A DNA stretch of 64,000 nucleotides from Bacteroidota bacterium (GCA_037131955.1 JBAXQC010000002.1:16689-80688); one strand, 5' to 3'; positions 1-10,315 are shown, numbered from the stretch's first letter. Notes: generated by a model from the letters alone, not told the origin. Numbers and translations are program-made.

Positions 1-410
1 TCGTAATTCTCGCAATAAACTGTGAGCATATCTTTTCCACCTCTAAAATGGCAATCGTCTAATGACTCGATAGAGACAGGAATAAATTTACTTTTATCAG
101 AAGTTGTGCCTGAAGATTTTGCATACCATTTTATTTCTCCGGGCCACAAAACATTTGATTGGCCGTTTCGCATTTTTTGAATGTATGGTTTTAAATCGTT
201 GTAATCATTTAACGGAACTCTTTCTTTGAACTGATGGTAATTGGTAATTTCGGAATAGCCAAATTTCTCTCCCCACTGCGTATTTTTTGCAGAGTAAATT
301 AGTTTTTTAAAAGTTTCTTGTTGAACATCGTGTGGATATTTTAAGAATAAATCAATTTGGTGCATCCTCTTTTTAAAGAACCAAGTTGCAATTGAATTAA
401 TAATATCCAT
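1..410 (-). CDS. GH3 auxin-responsive promoter family protein, N-terminal part; the 3' end lies beyond the window start
   Basis: The reverse-strand frame starting at ATG 408-410 reads MDIINSIATWFFKKRMHQIDLFLKYPHDV...YAKSSGTTSDKSKFIPVS, which is a typical bacterial GH3-family N-terminus with an adenylation-like SSGTT motif. The frame is open to the window edge. Confidence 0.6.
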   Translation of the reverse strand, partial: MDIINSIATWFFKKRMHQIDLFLKYPHDVQQETFKKLIYSAKNTQWGEKFGYSEITNYHQFKERVPLNDYNDLKPYIQKMRNGQSNVLWPGEIKWYAKSSGTTSDKSKFIPVSIESLDDCHFRGGKDMLTVYCENY

Positions 411-416
411 AAAGCA

Positions 417-941
417 TTAATTTATAACACTCCTTGCTTCTTCCTTTAAAATTTGAAGCGCTATTTCTGTGGGTGTTTTTTCTAATCTAGAAATAATTTC
501 AAATATCATGTTCACCAATTCCATGCTTTCTGCGTTTTCATTTATTCTGGTAGCGGCGATATTAATTGCTTTGGTTGTTTCTTCTTTGGCGGTTTTTATG
601 GCTTCCCAGGTTTTATTTGAAATATAAATTTGCTGAACTAAATTATGGTCAAACTCTGATCTTATTGTTTTAATAAGTTCCATTTGTAAGTTTCTAGATG
701 TCATCCCACTTCTTTGAGTTCTAACAACTAAACTTTGCAAAGAAATTCTTTCCAGCAGCAGGGTAAGTCTTTCAAATGCCTGCAATTTAAGCGGAGTAAC
801 AATTTTTTGGTTTCCAATTTTGTATGTTCTTTTTCTTCGTTCTGCTTCAGCTCTTAAAAAACTTTTTAATAAATAATATGCAGTAAAAAATACCAGTGCT
901 GCAGGCACAACAATTTGAATGATATCTAAAAAAGTTTCCAT
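417..941 (-). CDS. hypothetical protein with one N-terminal transmembrane helix, last gene of the czc-like cluster
   Basis: 174-aa ORF with an N-terminal hydrophobic segment (IVVPAALVFFTAYYLL) followed by a charged, helix-rich remainder. No family recognised. Confidence 0.45.
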   Translation of the reverse strand: METFLDIIQIVVPAALVFFTAYYLLKSFLRAEAERRKRTYKIGNQKIVTPLKLQAFERLTLLLERISLQSLVVRTQRSGMTSRNLQMELIKTIRSEFDHNLVQQIYISNKTWEAIKTAKEETTKAINIAATRINENAESMELVNMIFEIISRLEKTPTEIALQILKEEARSVIN

Positions 942-992
942 TAAAATTTTAATTTTTACAAAAATAACAATACAAACTTAATTCTGTAATTT

Positions 993-2141
993 TTATTCTT
1001 CTTCGTTATTTTTCATTTTCATTAATAAGTTGTAAGCTCCATCTGTAACAATATATGAGCTATTATTAATGCCTTGATTTATTGGTGAAATTTCTGTAAA
1101 TCCATTTTCAGTGTTGCCCAAAATTACTTCTTCCATGGCATAGGTTTTGTCTTGCTCTAAAACAAAGATGTAGTTTTTGCCTTCAAAACCAACAATTGAT
1201 TTGGTGGGCAATGCATTACTTTTTTTGCTTTTAAGCTCAATTTCAGCGTTCATAAACATCCCAGGCAATAAGGTTTTATCGTATTCTTCAAAATGACAAT
1301 GTACATTAATACTCTTATCGCTTCCAAAATCTTTTCCAATTAAAATAATTTCGCACTTGTATTTTTTTGAAGATTTTTGATTGTTATACGCCAATAATTG
1401 CTGTCCTATGGAAAGCTTATTTATGTCATTTTCAAAAATTGTTAATGCAAGGTGAATGTCACTTGGATTAATTAATTCAAATAAAACATCTGTAGGATTT
1501 ACGTATTTTCCAATATTTACGTTTACCTTACTTACATAGCCCTCAATTGGCGAAAAAATATTTATTGTATTTGAAATATTGTTTTCATTTAGTTTTTCTG
1601 GATTAATTCCAATAAGTTTTAGTTTTTCGGACAATGACCTTACAAGAATTTTTTGAGATTTATATTCACTCGTGGCCATCTCAAAAACTTTACTGCTGCT
1701 TGCATTTGATTTTAATAGAGTTTCTTGCCTATTAAATTCACTTTGTAAATACTCTAATTTTGCTTTGGAAGTAAGGTACTCTTGCTGCAGTTGTATGTAT
1801 TGTTGATCTTCCATTTCGGCAATTACTTCTCCTTTTGAAACATGCATACCGGGAAGTAGTTTTGTTGAACTTAAATAGCCGCCTAATGGAATGCTTATTG
1901 AAACCAGATTTTGAGGTGGAACATCAATTATGCCATTAACTTTTAATGTTTCTGAAATTTCTTTCTCCTCAAATTTTCCTATTTTAATTCCTGAAATTTT
2001 AGTTTGCTCCTCACTTAAGTTTACCTTATTACTATTTTCTGCAACAGAAGTGGCTGTGGAAGTATTTTTGTTTTGATTACATCCCCAAAAAAATGGAAGG
2101 ATAATAATTAGTACTATATATCTGTTTACTGTATTTTTCAT
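993..2141 (-). CDS. czcB: efflux RND transporter periplasmic adaptor subunit (CzcB/HlyD family), lipoprotein
   Basis: 382 aa with a lipobox-like N-terminus (ILPFFWGC), a coiled-coil central region and a barrel-sandwich hybrid fold typical of membrane fusion proteins. It lies immediately downstream of the RND pump, separated by 5 nt. Confidence 0.85.
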   Translation of the reverse strand: MKNTVNRYIVLIIILPFFWGCNQNKNTSTATSVAENSNKVNLSEEQTKISGIKIGKFEEKEISETLKVNGIIDVPPQNLVSISIPLGGYLSSTKLLPGMHVSKGEVIAEMEDQQYIQLQQEYLTSKAKLEYLQSEFNRQETLLKSNASSSKVFEMATSEYKSQKILVRSLSEKLKLIGINPEKLNENNISNTINIFSPIEGYVSKVNVNIGKYVNPTDVLFELINPSDIHLALTIFENDINKLSIGQQLLAYNNQKSSKKYKCEIILIGKDFGSDKSINVHCHFEEYDKTLLPGMFMNAEIELKSKKSNALPTKSIVGFEGKNYIFVLEQDKTYAMEEVILGNTENGFTEISPINQGINNSSYIVTDGAYNLLMKMKNNEEE

Positions 2142-2146
2142 GGTTT

Positions 2147-5100
2147 TTAATTAAAATTGTTTAAAGCATTTATTTCAATTGTGCTTTTGTTTAGTTGATG
2201 TATAGTTTCTAGATAAGAGTTTTGATTTTCTAGTGAACTTTGTATTAAAATTACCCATTCTAAATAGTTGATTTCACCATTAGAAAATTTATCGTTGGCA
2301 ATTTTTATGGTGGTGTAAGAATTTTTGAGCGATCCTTGCTCCATCAATTCTACAGATTTTTTAAGATTAAAATATTTATTTACCGCAATTTGATAGTTTA
2401 AAAGAAAGGTTTTTCTTGCTGCAGTATAATTATTTTCTAAGTATTTTAAACGTGTTTTTGAGGCAGAAATAGATGCCTTTTGTGCACTAAAAAGAATTGG
2501 AATTCCTACGCCAAGTTGCAAGGATTGAAAGCGTTGATTTTTTGAATAATAGATATTATCAGCGCCGTTACCAGTGATACTTATGTTGTTATAGGAAGCA
2601 ATAATATCTGGCAATAATTTATTCTTTTCTAGTGCTAATTTTTTTTGTCCAATAATTTTTTGCTGATAGATACCTGTAACAAAAGGATGTTTAGCTATTA
2701 GGCTTGAATCTATTTTTGGACTCAGATTTATCTTATGATCTACAATTTCTGGTTCTAGATTTTTAGTGGAATTAATTAAGTAATTAAATTTCAACAACAA
2801 TGTTTCCATGTTTGTAGCAAGCTCATTTAGTTGAATTTTTATTTGTTGCAATTCATTTTTGGCCAGATTAAGCTCAAGTATATTTGTTTCGCCGCTATTT
2901 TGTCGGAGCTCACTTTTAACAAGAAAATTTAAAAAAATACTGTCACTTTTTTCTAGTAAACGTTTTTTCTGTCGCAGAAAATTTATTTCAAAAAACACAT
3001 CATAAACTTCTTTTTTAATTTCATTTTCTTGCAGTTTTCCATTGATTACTTCTCTAGCTGTTTCTTCTTTTAAAACATTTTTTTCTTTAGAATATATTGT
3101 TGGAAATTTTAAGTTTTGCGTAATGCTTAATCCGTTATCTATGAAATTAGAATTTATTTGCCCATAATTTGCAACTATGTTGGTATTGGGAATAGCATAA
3201 ACATTTTTTTCTATTTCTTTGGAATATGTAATTTGCAGCGCTTGTGCTTTAATGGATAAGTTGTTTTTTACTGCACTATCTAAGGCAGAGTTCAATGATA
3301 TATAATTTTGGGCTTGAACAGTTGTGGCGAAATTAATGGAAAGAAATCCAATAAGTAGTAAACCTAATTTGGTGACACTAATTTTTTTCTTTTCGGTGAA
3401 CGTATAAATAATGGGTAACAAAAAAAGAGTAAGTAGAGTAGCCAAAAGTAATCCACCTATAACAACAGTGGCTAAAGGTCTTTGAACTTGTGAACCTTCG
3501 CCGTTGCTAAATGCCATGGGCAAAAATCCAAATGATGCTACAAGTGCAGTCATTAAAATTGGTCTTAATCTGTTTTTGGCTCCGCTAATTACAATTTTTA
3601 CAACGTCTTGTTCGCCCTCTATTTTTAGTTTATTAAATTCTGATAGCAATACAATTCCGTTTAAAACAGCAACCCCAAACAAGGCAATAAATCCTATTCC
3701 TGCCGAAATACTAAATGGCATATCTCTTATCCATAATCCCAAAATTCCACCAATGGCAGAAAGCGGTATTGCCGAAAATATTATCATGCCTTGTTTGATG
3801 GAATTAAATGCAAAAAATAACAAAATAAAAATTATTGCAAGTGCTAAAGGCAATGCAATTCCTAGGCGGCTTTTTGCTGCATTTAGATTTTCAAATGCAC
3901 CACCGTATTTTAAATAATAACCAGTGGGAAGTTTAATTTTTTTATCTACCTTTTTCATCAATTCGTTTACTGTTGATTCTACATCTCTTTTGGAAATGTT
4001 GAACCCTACAATAATTCTTCGGTTGGTATTTTCTCTTTGAATTTGATTAGGCCCAAGTATTTCATCAACATCAGCAACATTTATCAATTGTATTTGATTT
4101 CCATTATCAATTGGTATGAGCAAATTTTTTACATCGTTAATGTTGTTTCTGTTAAAATTACTGGACCTTACAATTAAGTCAAATTTCTTTTCACCTTCGT
4201 AAACCAAGCCGGCACTCTGCCCTGCAAATGCTGTATTAACTATATTATTTATTTCGTTTATAGATAAACCATATTGTGAGATTTTCTTTCTATCGTAATT
4301 AATAACAATTTGTGGAACGCCGGTAATTGGTTCAATGTATAAGTTTTCTGTTCCTTTTATTTGTTTAATTTCTGCACCAATTTGATGAGCATACTTTGCT
4401 AAAGTATCTAAATTCTCGCCAAAAATTTTACAAACAACATCTTGTCTTGCTCCTGTCATCAGTTCATTAAACCTCATTGCAACAGGATATTGAAAACTAA
4501 AAGTTACACCGGGAATTATTGCAAGTTCTTTACTCATTTTTTCTGAAAGTTCGTCGTATGTTTTTGCCGAAGTCCATTCCTTTCGGTCTTTTAAAATGAT
4601 CATTAAATCGCTTGCTTCAATTGGCATTGGGTCTGTAGGAACTTCGCTGCTGCCTGTTTTTCCAACTACCTTTTCTATTTCTGGAAATTTGCTGAGCAAT
4701 ATTTTTTGTGCTTTTGTAACCGCTTCAATCGAAGTTCCCAAATTGCTTCCTGTAAGAACTCTTGTTTCTACTGCAAAATCACCTTCGGGTAATTCTGGAA
4801 TAAACTCTCCACCCATGTTAAATAAAATAGTTAAGGAAATACAAAATAATACAACTACACATGCAATAATTATTTTGCCATAACTAAGTGCTTTGTTTAG
4901 CATACTTTCATAGTATTTTTCAATTTTATCAATAAATTTTTCAAAGAACGTTTTGTTATTCATTCTTTGTTTTCTTAAAACCAAAGCTGTCATCATTGGA
5001 ACATAAGTAAGCGATAAAATAAATGCACCAATCAATGCAAAGGAAACTGTTTGAGCCATTGGTTTAAACATTTTACCTTCTATGCCCTCAAGTGTAAAAA

Positions 5101-6484
5101 TTGGCAAGTAAACCATTAGTATAATTATTTGTCCAAAAACAGCACTGTTCATCATTCTTCCTGCACTTTTTCCTACTTCTTTATCAATGGCTTCTTTAGA
5201 AATATTTCCACTTAACTTTTTTCTAGTTCCATGCAGCACCGATTCAACAATTATTACAGCCCCATCTACTATTAGTCCAAAATCCAATGCACCTAAACTC
5301 ATAAGGTTTCCGCTAACACCAAAAATATTCATCATTATTATGGCAAATAACATAGATAGCGGTATTACCGATGCAACCAACAAACTTGCTCTTATGTTGG
5401 CCAAGAATAAAACCAAAATAAAAATTACAATGAGTGCACCTTCTAGTAAATTTTTTGAAACTGTATTTATAGAATTGTTAACCATTTTTGTTCTGTCTAA
5501 AAAAGGATCAATTAGTACACCTTCAGGTAACGTTTTTTGTATTTCGGCTATTTTTATTTTTATATTTTTTATTACGTGACTGCTATTTGCTCCTTTAAGC
5601 ATCATTACTACTGCTCCTGATACTTCTCCTTTTCCGTTAAAGGTCATGGCGCCGTACCTTATTGCATGACCAATATTTACTTCTGCCACGTCCGAAATTT
5701 TTAAAGGTATTCCATTAGACAAGTTTTTTATTGAAATCTGTCTTATGTCATCTATGGTATTAATTAACCCTTCGCTTCTAATAAACAAAACAGTAGGCCC
5801 TTTCTCAATATAAGCACCACCCGTATTTTGATTGTTTTTTTCTAAGGCAGAAAAAACATCCTTAATACTTACATTGTTTGCTTTTAATTTATTGGGGTCG
5901 ATAGAAATTTCATATTGTTTTAAATAGCCACCAAAACTTGCTACCTCGGCTACTCCTTCGGCCCTTAATAATTGTTTGCGAACCACCCAATCCTGAATGG
6001 TTCTTAATTCCATTGGACTGTATTTGTTTTCATACCCTTTTTTTGCTCTAATTGTGTATTGATATATTTCGCCTAAACCTGTTGTTAATGGGGCTATTTG
6101 CGGCAATCCATATTCTTTTGGAATAAATTCTTGGGCAAGCTTTAGTTTTTCACCCACTTGTTGCCTTGCCCAATAAATGTCTGTATTGTCTGTAAATACT
6201 ATAGTTATTACAGAAAGACCAAATCTAGAAAAGCTTCTTAGCTGTTTTAATCCCGGAATATTGCTAACACTTTGTTCAATAGGTATAGTTATAAATCTTT
6301 CAATGTCTGGAGCACCAAGGGCCGGAGAAACAGTAATAATTTGAACTTGATTATCTGTTATATCAGGAACTGCATCAATTGGCAATTTTGTGGTTTGATA
6401 CAATCCTGTAATTATTAATGCTAATGTTAGCAGAAAAATAATTAATTTATTTGCAATGGAAAATGCAATAATTTTGTTGAGCAT
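2147..6484 (-). CDS. czcA: CusA/CzcA-family heavy-metal efflux RND permease (about aa 1-1040) fused in frame to a TolC-like outer-membrane efflux protein (about aa 1041-1445)
   Basis: The first ~1040 aa have the 12-TM RND topology and CzcA-type motifs (large periplasmic loops, conserved GxxDxxxIVVE-like segment). The C-terminal ~405 aa begin with a signal-peptide-like stretch (KKISVTKLGLLLIGFLSINFATTVQAQ) followed by TolC/OprM-like coiled-coil and beta-barrel repeats. The reading frame is continuous at 1445 aa. Confidence 0.85.
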   Translation of the reverse strand: MLNKIIAFSIANKLIIFLLTLALIITGLYQTTKLPIDAVPDITDNQVQIITVSPALGAPDIERFITIPIEQSVSNIPGLKQLRSFSRFGLSVITIVFTDNTDIYWARQQVGEKLKLAQEFIPKEYGLPQIAPLTTGLGEIYQYTIRAKKGYENKYSPMELRTIQDWVVRKQLLRAEGVAEVASFGGYLKQYEISIDPNKLKANNVSIKDVFSALEKNNQNTGGAYIEKGPTVLFIRSEGLINTIDDIRQISIKNLSNGIPLKISDVAEVNIGHAIRYGAMTFNGKGEVSGAVVMMLKGANSSHVIKNIKIKIAEIQKTLPEGVLIDPFLDRTKMVNNSINTVSKNLLEGALIVIFILVLFLANIRASLLVASVIPLSMLFAIIMMNIFGVSGNLMSLGALDFGLIVDGAVIIVESVLHGTRKKLSGNISKEAIDKEVGKSAGRMMNSAVFGQIIILMVYLPIFTLEGIEGKMFKPMAQTVSFALIGAFILSLTYVPMMTALVLRKQRMNNKTFFEKFIDKIEKYYESMLNKALSYGKIIIACVVVLFCISLTILFNMGGEFIPELPEGDFAVETRVLTGSNLGTSIEAVTKAQKILLSKFPEIEKVVGKTGSSEVPTDPMPIEASDLMIILKDRKEWTSAKTYDELSEKMSKELAIIPGVTFSFQYPVAMRFNELMTGARQDVVCKIFGENLDTLAKYAHQIGAEIKQIKGTENLYIEPITGVPQIVINYDRKKISQYGLSINEINNIVNTAFAGQSAGLVYEGEKKFDLIVRSSNFNRNNINDVKNLLIPIDNGNQIQLINVADVDEILGPNQIQRENTNRRIIVGFNISKRDVESTVNELMKKVDKKIKLPTGYYLKYGGAFENLNAAKSRLGIALPLALAIIFILLFFAFNSIKQGMIIFSAIPLSAIGGILGLWIRDMPFSISAGIGFIALFGVAVLNGIVLLSEFNKLKIEGEQDVVKIVISGAKNRLRPILMTALVASFGFLPMAFSNGEGSQVQRPLATVVIGGLLLATLLTLFLLPIIYTFTEKKKISVTKLGLLLIGFLSINFATTVQAQNYISLNSALDSAVKNNLSIKAQALQITYSKEIEKNVYAIPNTNIVANYGQINSNFIDNGLSITQNLKFPTIYSKEKNVLKEETAREVINGKLQENEIKKEVYDVFFEINFLRQKKRLLEKSDSIFLNFLVKSELRQNSGETNILELNLAKNELQQIKIQLNELATNMETLLLKFNYLINSTKNLEPEIVDHKINLSPKIDSSLIAKHPFVTGIYQQKIIGQKKLALEKNKLLPDIIASYNNISITGNGADNIYYSKNQRFQSLQLGVGIPILFSAQKASISASKTRLKYLENNYTAARKTFLLNYQIAVNKYFNLKKSVELMEQGSLKNSYTTIKIANDKFSNGEINYLEWVILIQSSLENQNSYLETIHQLNKSTIEINALNNFN

Positions 6485-6573
6485 GTTTTATAGTTTTAAC
6501 TGATAATAATTATTAACATCAATTTAATCAGCTTTTATTGCGATTATGATGTTGATTAAAATAAAAAAATCAA

Positions 6574-6969
6574 TTAAAATTTTGGCGGCTGCCAAATAGA
6601 AGAGAGAAAATAAGAAGAATAAATTAATTCTTTGAAGGTAGATTGAGAAACATTTTGTACAAACTGATTTATGTTGAAATCAATAATAAAATTGCTTTGT
6701 GGCACATAACCGCCAACAAAATTGTTTACGCAATTCTCGTGAGATTTAAAAGGGAGCTTCATGTCCTTTTTAAAATCAGGAAATTTAGAATTGTCTTCGT
6801 TATAATGTATTGCCAAAAAAGTAAGCAGAGTTAAATTTTTATTTGATTCTTGGTGCTCAAAATAATGTTCCACAAGCAAAGGAAATTTTAAAAATTCTTT
6901 GAATTCAGTGAAACTGGTTAAGTATAAAAACAAAAAAAACAGTGATAATCTCTTTTTCAACTTTAACAA
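6574..6969 (-). CDS. hypothetical secreted protein, first gene of the czc-like cluster
   Basis: 131 aa with a signal peptide (LSLFFLFLYLTSF) and a HYFEHQ motif. It is on the same strand 89 nt upstream of czcA. Confidence 0.4.
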   Translation of the reverse strand: MLKLKKRLSLFFLFLYLTSFTEFKEFLKFPLLVEHYFEHQESNKNLTLLTFLAIHYNEDNSKFPDFKKDMKLPFKSHENCVNNFVGGYVPQSNFIIDFNINQFVQNVSQSTFKELIYSSYFLSSIWQPPKF

Positions 6970-7122
6970 AAAAAATACTCTGCAAAGTTAAACAATTTAG
7001 TTCATTGTTTAATTTTCAAAAATTCCTTTGGTGATGTTGTATTTATTAAAACCAAAAAATATTGTATGGCTTATACTCTTTGGCTTAGTTTTTGTTAAAT
7101 TAGTAAAACAAAAATAAAACAA

Positions 7123-7509
7123 TTGAAATCTCTAAAATATTTTCTTCTAATTACTTCTGTTTCTTTATTTTTTAATTCAGTTATTTTTGCACAGGATTTT
7201 CCTCAAGCACTCAGAACTGGCAATTTTAGGGTGTTGGCATCCAGTTTTAATGCAAACGTAGAACTTAATTTTTTAGGTAACGAAGGTTTTTATAGCAAAG
7301 CACAAGCTGAGCAAATTCTTAAGGATTTTATGCAAAGAAATATTCCAAGTGCTTATTCTCCCAAACACCAAGGAGTTTCTAAGGATGGAAGTCAATACAT
7401 TATTGGTGTATTAGAAACTAGCACTGGTTTATTTAGAACCTACATTTATATGCAAAAAGTAGGTGATGTGCAATTTATTAAAGAAATGAGAATAGAGAAG
7501 GAAAGATAG
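7123..7509 (+). CDS. hypothetical secreted protein (resembles the Bacteroidetes DUF4783-like small periplasmic proteins)
   Basis: 128 aa with a signal peptide ending FAQD. The DUF assignment is from memory and should be confirmed by a Pfam search. Confidence 0.5.
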   Translation: MKSLKYFLLITSVSLFFNSVIFAQDFPQALRTGNFRVLASSFNANVELNFLGNEGFYSKAQAEQILKDFMQRNIPSAYSPKHQGVSKDGSQYIIGVLETSTGLFRTYIYMQKVGDVQFIKEMRIEKER

Positions 7510-7866
7510 TTATTTACTACTTGTTCTAAATTTAATTCCTCTCTGATTTTCCTAATTTTCCTTGTGTTTAAATTTCCAATATTTTTTTTTCATTTTTGAC
7601 GGCTAAAGCATCCAAGGCATTTATTGTAAATTATTCCTGAGCTTAAATAGGATAAATATTTTATTTTTTTACTAATGATTGTTTTCAGGTGTAGCATCAA
7701 CATTTGTAGTATCATTTAATACTCTCTTATAGCATTCCAAAAAAAAATAAATTGGCTGATGTTTTATTATTTAATTTCATTAGCATCTGCTAGTGTATAA
7801 TTGTTTTTGATGAACAGGGGGCAAAGTAATTTTTATAATAAACTGCTAAGTGCTACATTTGTGCAA

Positions 7867-8709
7867 ATGAATATAACTAATTTTTTAACAGAAGCGCTTG
7901 ATGAGGACATTAAGGATGGTGATCATTCTTCACTATCTTGTATTGAAATAAACGCGGTATCTTCTGCAAATTTATTAGCCAAACAAGATGGTATTTTAGC
8001 GGGCTTAGAAATAGGATTAATGGTATTAAAATTAGTTGACACAAATTTTGAGATTTCAACAAATTATAAAGATGGAGATAAAGTTATAAAAGGAGATATT
8101 GTTTTGTCTTTAACGGGTAAAGTTCATTCTATTTTAAAAGCAGAACGTTTATTTTTAAATATTATTCAAAGAATGAGCGGAATTGCAACCTACACAAATT
8201 GTTTAGTTGATAAAATTAAAGATACCAAAACAATAATTTTAGATACAAGAAAAACCACTCCAAACTTTAGATACTTCGAAAAACTAGCGGTTAAAATTGG
8301 TGGTGGACAAAATCATAGAATGGGCTTGTATGATATGATTATGCTAAAAGATAACCATATTGATTATGCAGGAGGAATAAAAAATGCAATACAAAAAGCA
8401 AACGAATACAAGAAGGCTAAAAAACTTGATATAAAGATAGAAGTTGAATGCAGAAATTTAGCTGAGTTAGATGAAATTCTTGCAATTGGAAAAATTGACA
8501 GAATTATGCTTGATAATTTTAGTTCTAAAAATATGAAAATTGCAGTAGATAAAATTGCGGGAACATATCAAACAGAAGCTTCCGGAGGAATTAACGAAAA
8601 CAATATTTTAGAATATGCACAAACAGGAGTTGATTTTATCTCTATTGGTGCATTAACTCATTCCTATAAAAGTCTTGATTTTAGCTTGAAAGCCACAAAA
8701 AGGAAATGA
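7867..8709 (+). CDS. nadC: nicotinate-nucleotide pyrophosphorylase [carboxylating] (quinolinate phosphoribosyltransferase)
   Basis: NadC-type motifs: EDIGDGDHSS-like N-terminus, RMSGIATYT, GGGQNHRMGLYD and MLKDNHI. The start is moved to the internal ATG at 7867 (MNITNFLTEALDED) to match the usual ~280-aa length; the ORF track starts at 7801. Confidence 0.85.
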   Translation: MNITNFLTEALDEDIKDGDHSSLSCIEINAVSSANLLAKQDGILAGLEIGLMVLKLVDTNFEISTNYKDGDKVIKGDIVLSLTGKVHSILKAERLFLNIIQRMSGIATYTNCLVDKIKDTKTIILDTRKTTPNFRYFEKLAVKIGGGQNHRMGLYDMIMLKDNHIDYAGGIKNAIQKANEYKKAKKLDIKIEVECRNLAELDEILAIGKIDRIMLDNFSSKNMKIAVDKIAGTYQTEASGGINENNILEYAQTGVDFISIGALTHSYKSLDFSLKATKRK

Positions 8710-9617
8710 TAAAAAAATGGGCAGAAAATTCTAAGATTTTCTATTTAATCAAAAGTGTTTTAAGTAGAATTTTTGTTCCTGGTTTTGAAAAAATAAATCT
8801 TTACGAAATCTTAGTTTTCTTTTTTAAAGGAGTTATTAATTACGACATAACTACACAAGCATCTTCATTGGCTTTTAAATTTTTTTTAGCAATATTTCCT
8901 GGATTAATTTTCTTAATTACTCTCATACCTTATGTTCCTATTCAAAATTTTCAGAACCAATTATTAGAAATATTAAAAGATTTTTTACCTGGAGGTGCTT
9001 TTGAAGCGCTGGAAGAAACACTGAACGACCTAATAAAAAATCAAAACGGGAGTTTACTTTCTTTTGGTTTTTTGTTTGCATTATTTTTGGCTACCGATGG
9101 AATTCATGCAATGATAAATGCATTTAATAGTAGCGATCATAAAGAAGAAACAAGAAGTATGATTAAAATAAGGTTGATTTCTATTTTACTAGTTTTTATT
9201 ATTACTCTGCTTTTAATAGTTTCTATTGGATTGATAGTTTTTAGTGGAGTTATTATTAATTTCCTAAAAAGCAACAGCATTATTTATGACGAACTATTGG
9301 TATGGGCGCTTATAATTGGAAAATGGATTATTACCCTTGGTATGTTCTTTACTTCTATTTCGTTTATTTTTTGGCTTGGTCCTGATAGAAAACATAAATT
9401 TAGATTTGTTTCTGCAGGCTCCACGTTTACAACTTTTTTCTCCATCTTTATTTCGTTGGTGTTTGCTTATTATGTAGATAATTTTGGAAACTACAACAAA
9501 CTTTATGGATCAATAGGAACTGTAATGGTTGTAATGCTTTGGATGTATTTTAATTCTATTGGTTTATTATTGGGATATCAGCTAAATGCAAGTTTAAAAA
9601 AATTAAAATCAGTTTAG
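8706..9617 (+). CDS. YihY/BrkB family inner-membrane protein
   Basis: 303 aa with six predicted TM segments and the YihY-like architecture. It overlaps the nadC stop by 4 nt. Confidence 0.75.
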   Translation: MIKKWAENSKIFYLIKSVLSRIFVPGFEKINLYEILVFFFKGVINYDITTQASSLAFKFFLAIFPGLIFLITLIPYVPIQNFQNQLLEILKDFLPGGAFEALEETLNDLIKNQNGSLLSFGFLFALFLATDGIHAMINAFNSSDHKEETRSMIKIRLISILLVFIITLLLIVSIGLIVFSGVIINFLKSNSIIYDELLVWALIIGKWIITLGMFFTSISFIFWLGPDRKHKFRFVSAGSTFTTFFSIFISLVFAYYVDNFGNYNKLYGSIGTVMVVMLWMYFNSIGLLLGYQLNASLKKLKSV

Positions 9618-9652
9618 TTTTTAGAATATTATAAATACATTTGAAAAGCTAA

Positions 9653-10315
9653 ATGATTGAACTTAAAAACATAAAAAAATCGTACTCTGTTGGAAAATCT
9701 TCTATGGAAGTATTAAAGGGAGTAGATTTAAAAATTGAGGACGGAGAATTGGTTTCAATAATGGGATCATCTGGCTCGGGAAAATCTACTCTGTTAAATA
9801 TTTTGGGAATTTTAGACAATTATGATTCGGGCGAGTATTTGCTTGGCGGAACATTGGTAAAAAATTTGTCTGAAAAAAAAGCTGCATTATTTCGTAATAA
9901 AATGGTGGGTTTTGTATTTCAATCTTTTAATTTAGTTTCTTTTAAAAATGCAGTAGAAAATGTTGCTTTGCCTTTATACTATCAAGGAATAGGAAGAAAG
10001 AAAAGAAATACAATGGCCATGGAATACCTTGAGAAAGTTGGCTTAGACAAATGGGCAGAACATCTTCCCTCTGAACTATCTGGCGGACAAAAGCAACGTA
10101 TAGCTATGGCCAGGGCCTTGATTACTCAACCAAAAATAATTTTGGCAGATGAGCCAACAGGAGCATTAGATTCTGCCACAAGCATGGAGGTAATGGGTCT
10201 AATAAAAGAAGTGAATGATTTAGGCATGACAGTAATTATTGTAACACACGAAACCGATATTGCTGCTCTTACAAATAGAACAATTAGGTTGCGTGATGGG
10301 ATTATTGGAGAATAA
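9653..10315 (+). CDS. ABC transporter ATP-binding protein (LolD/MacB/FtsE-like)
   Basis: Walker A GSSGSGKST, Q-loop, ABC signature LSGGQKQR, Walker B ILADEPTGALD and the H-loop. Confidence 0.9.
   Translation: MIELKNIKKSYSVGKSSMEVLKGVDLKIEDGELVSIMGSSGSGKSTLLNILGILDNYDSGEYLLGGTLVKNLSEKKAALFRNKMVGFVFQSFNLVSFKNAVENVALPLYYQGIGRKKRNTMAMEYLEKVGLDKWAEHLPSELSGGQKQRIAMARALITQPKIILADEPTGALDSATSMEVMGLIKEVNDLGMTVIIVTHETDIAALTNRTIRLRDGIIGE

Noticed and set aside
3504-5579. Three + strand ORFs (3504-3917, 4596-4883, 5187-5579) listed in the track
   Set aside because: They lie entirely antisense within the well-supported 1445-aa czcA-OMF ORF. They are low-complexity and have no motifs, so they are artefacts of the AT-rich antisense strand.
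7510-7866. Long (~350 nt) leader upstream of nadC containing T9 and A9 tracts; considered as a possible riboswitch or phase-variation site
   Set aside because: No known riboswitch motif was recognised, and homopolymer tracts are common in this AT-rich genome.
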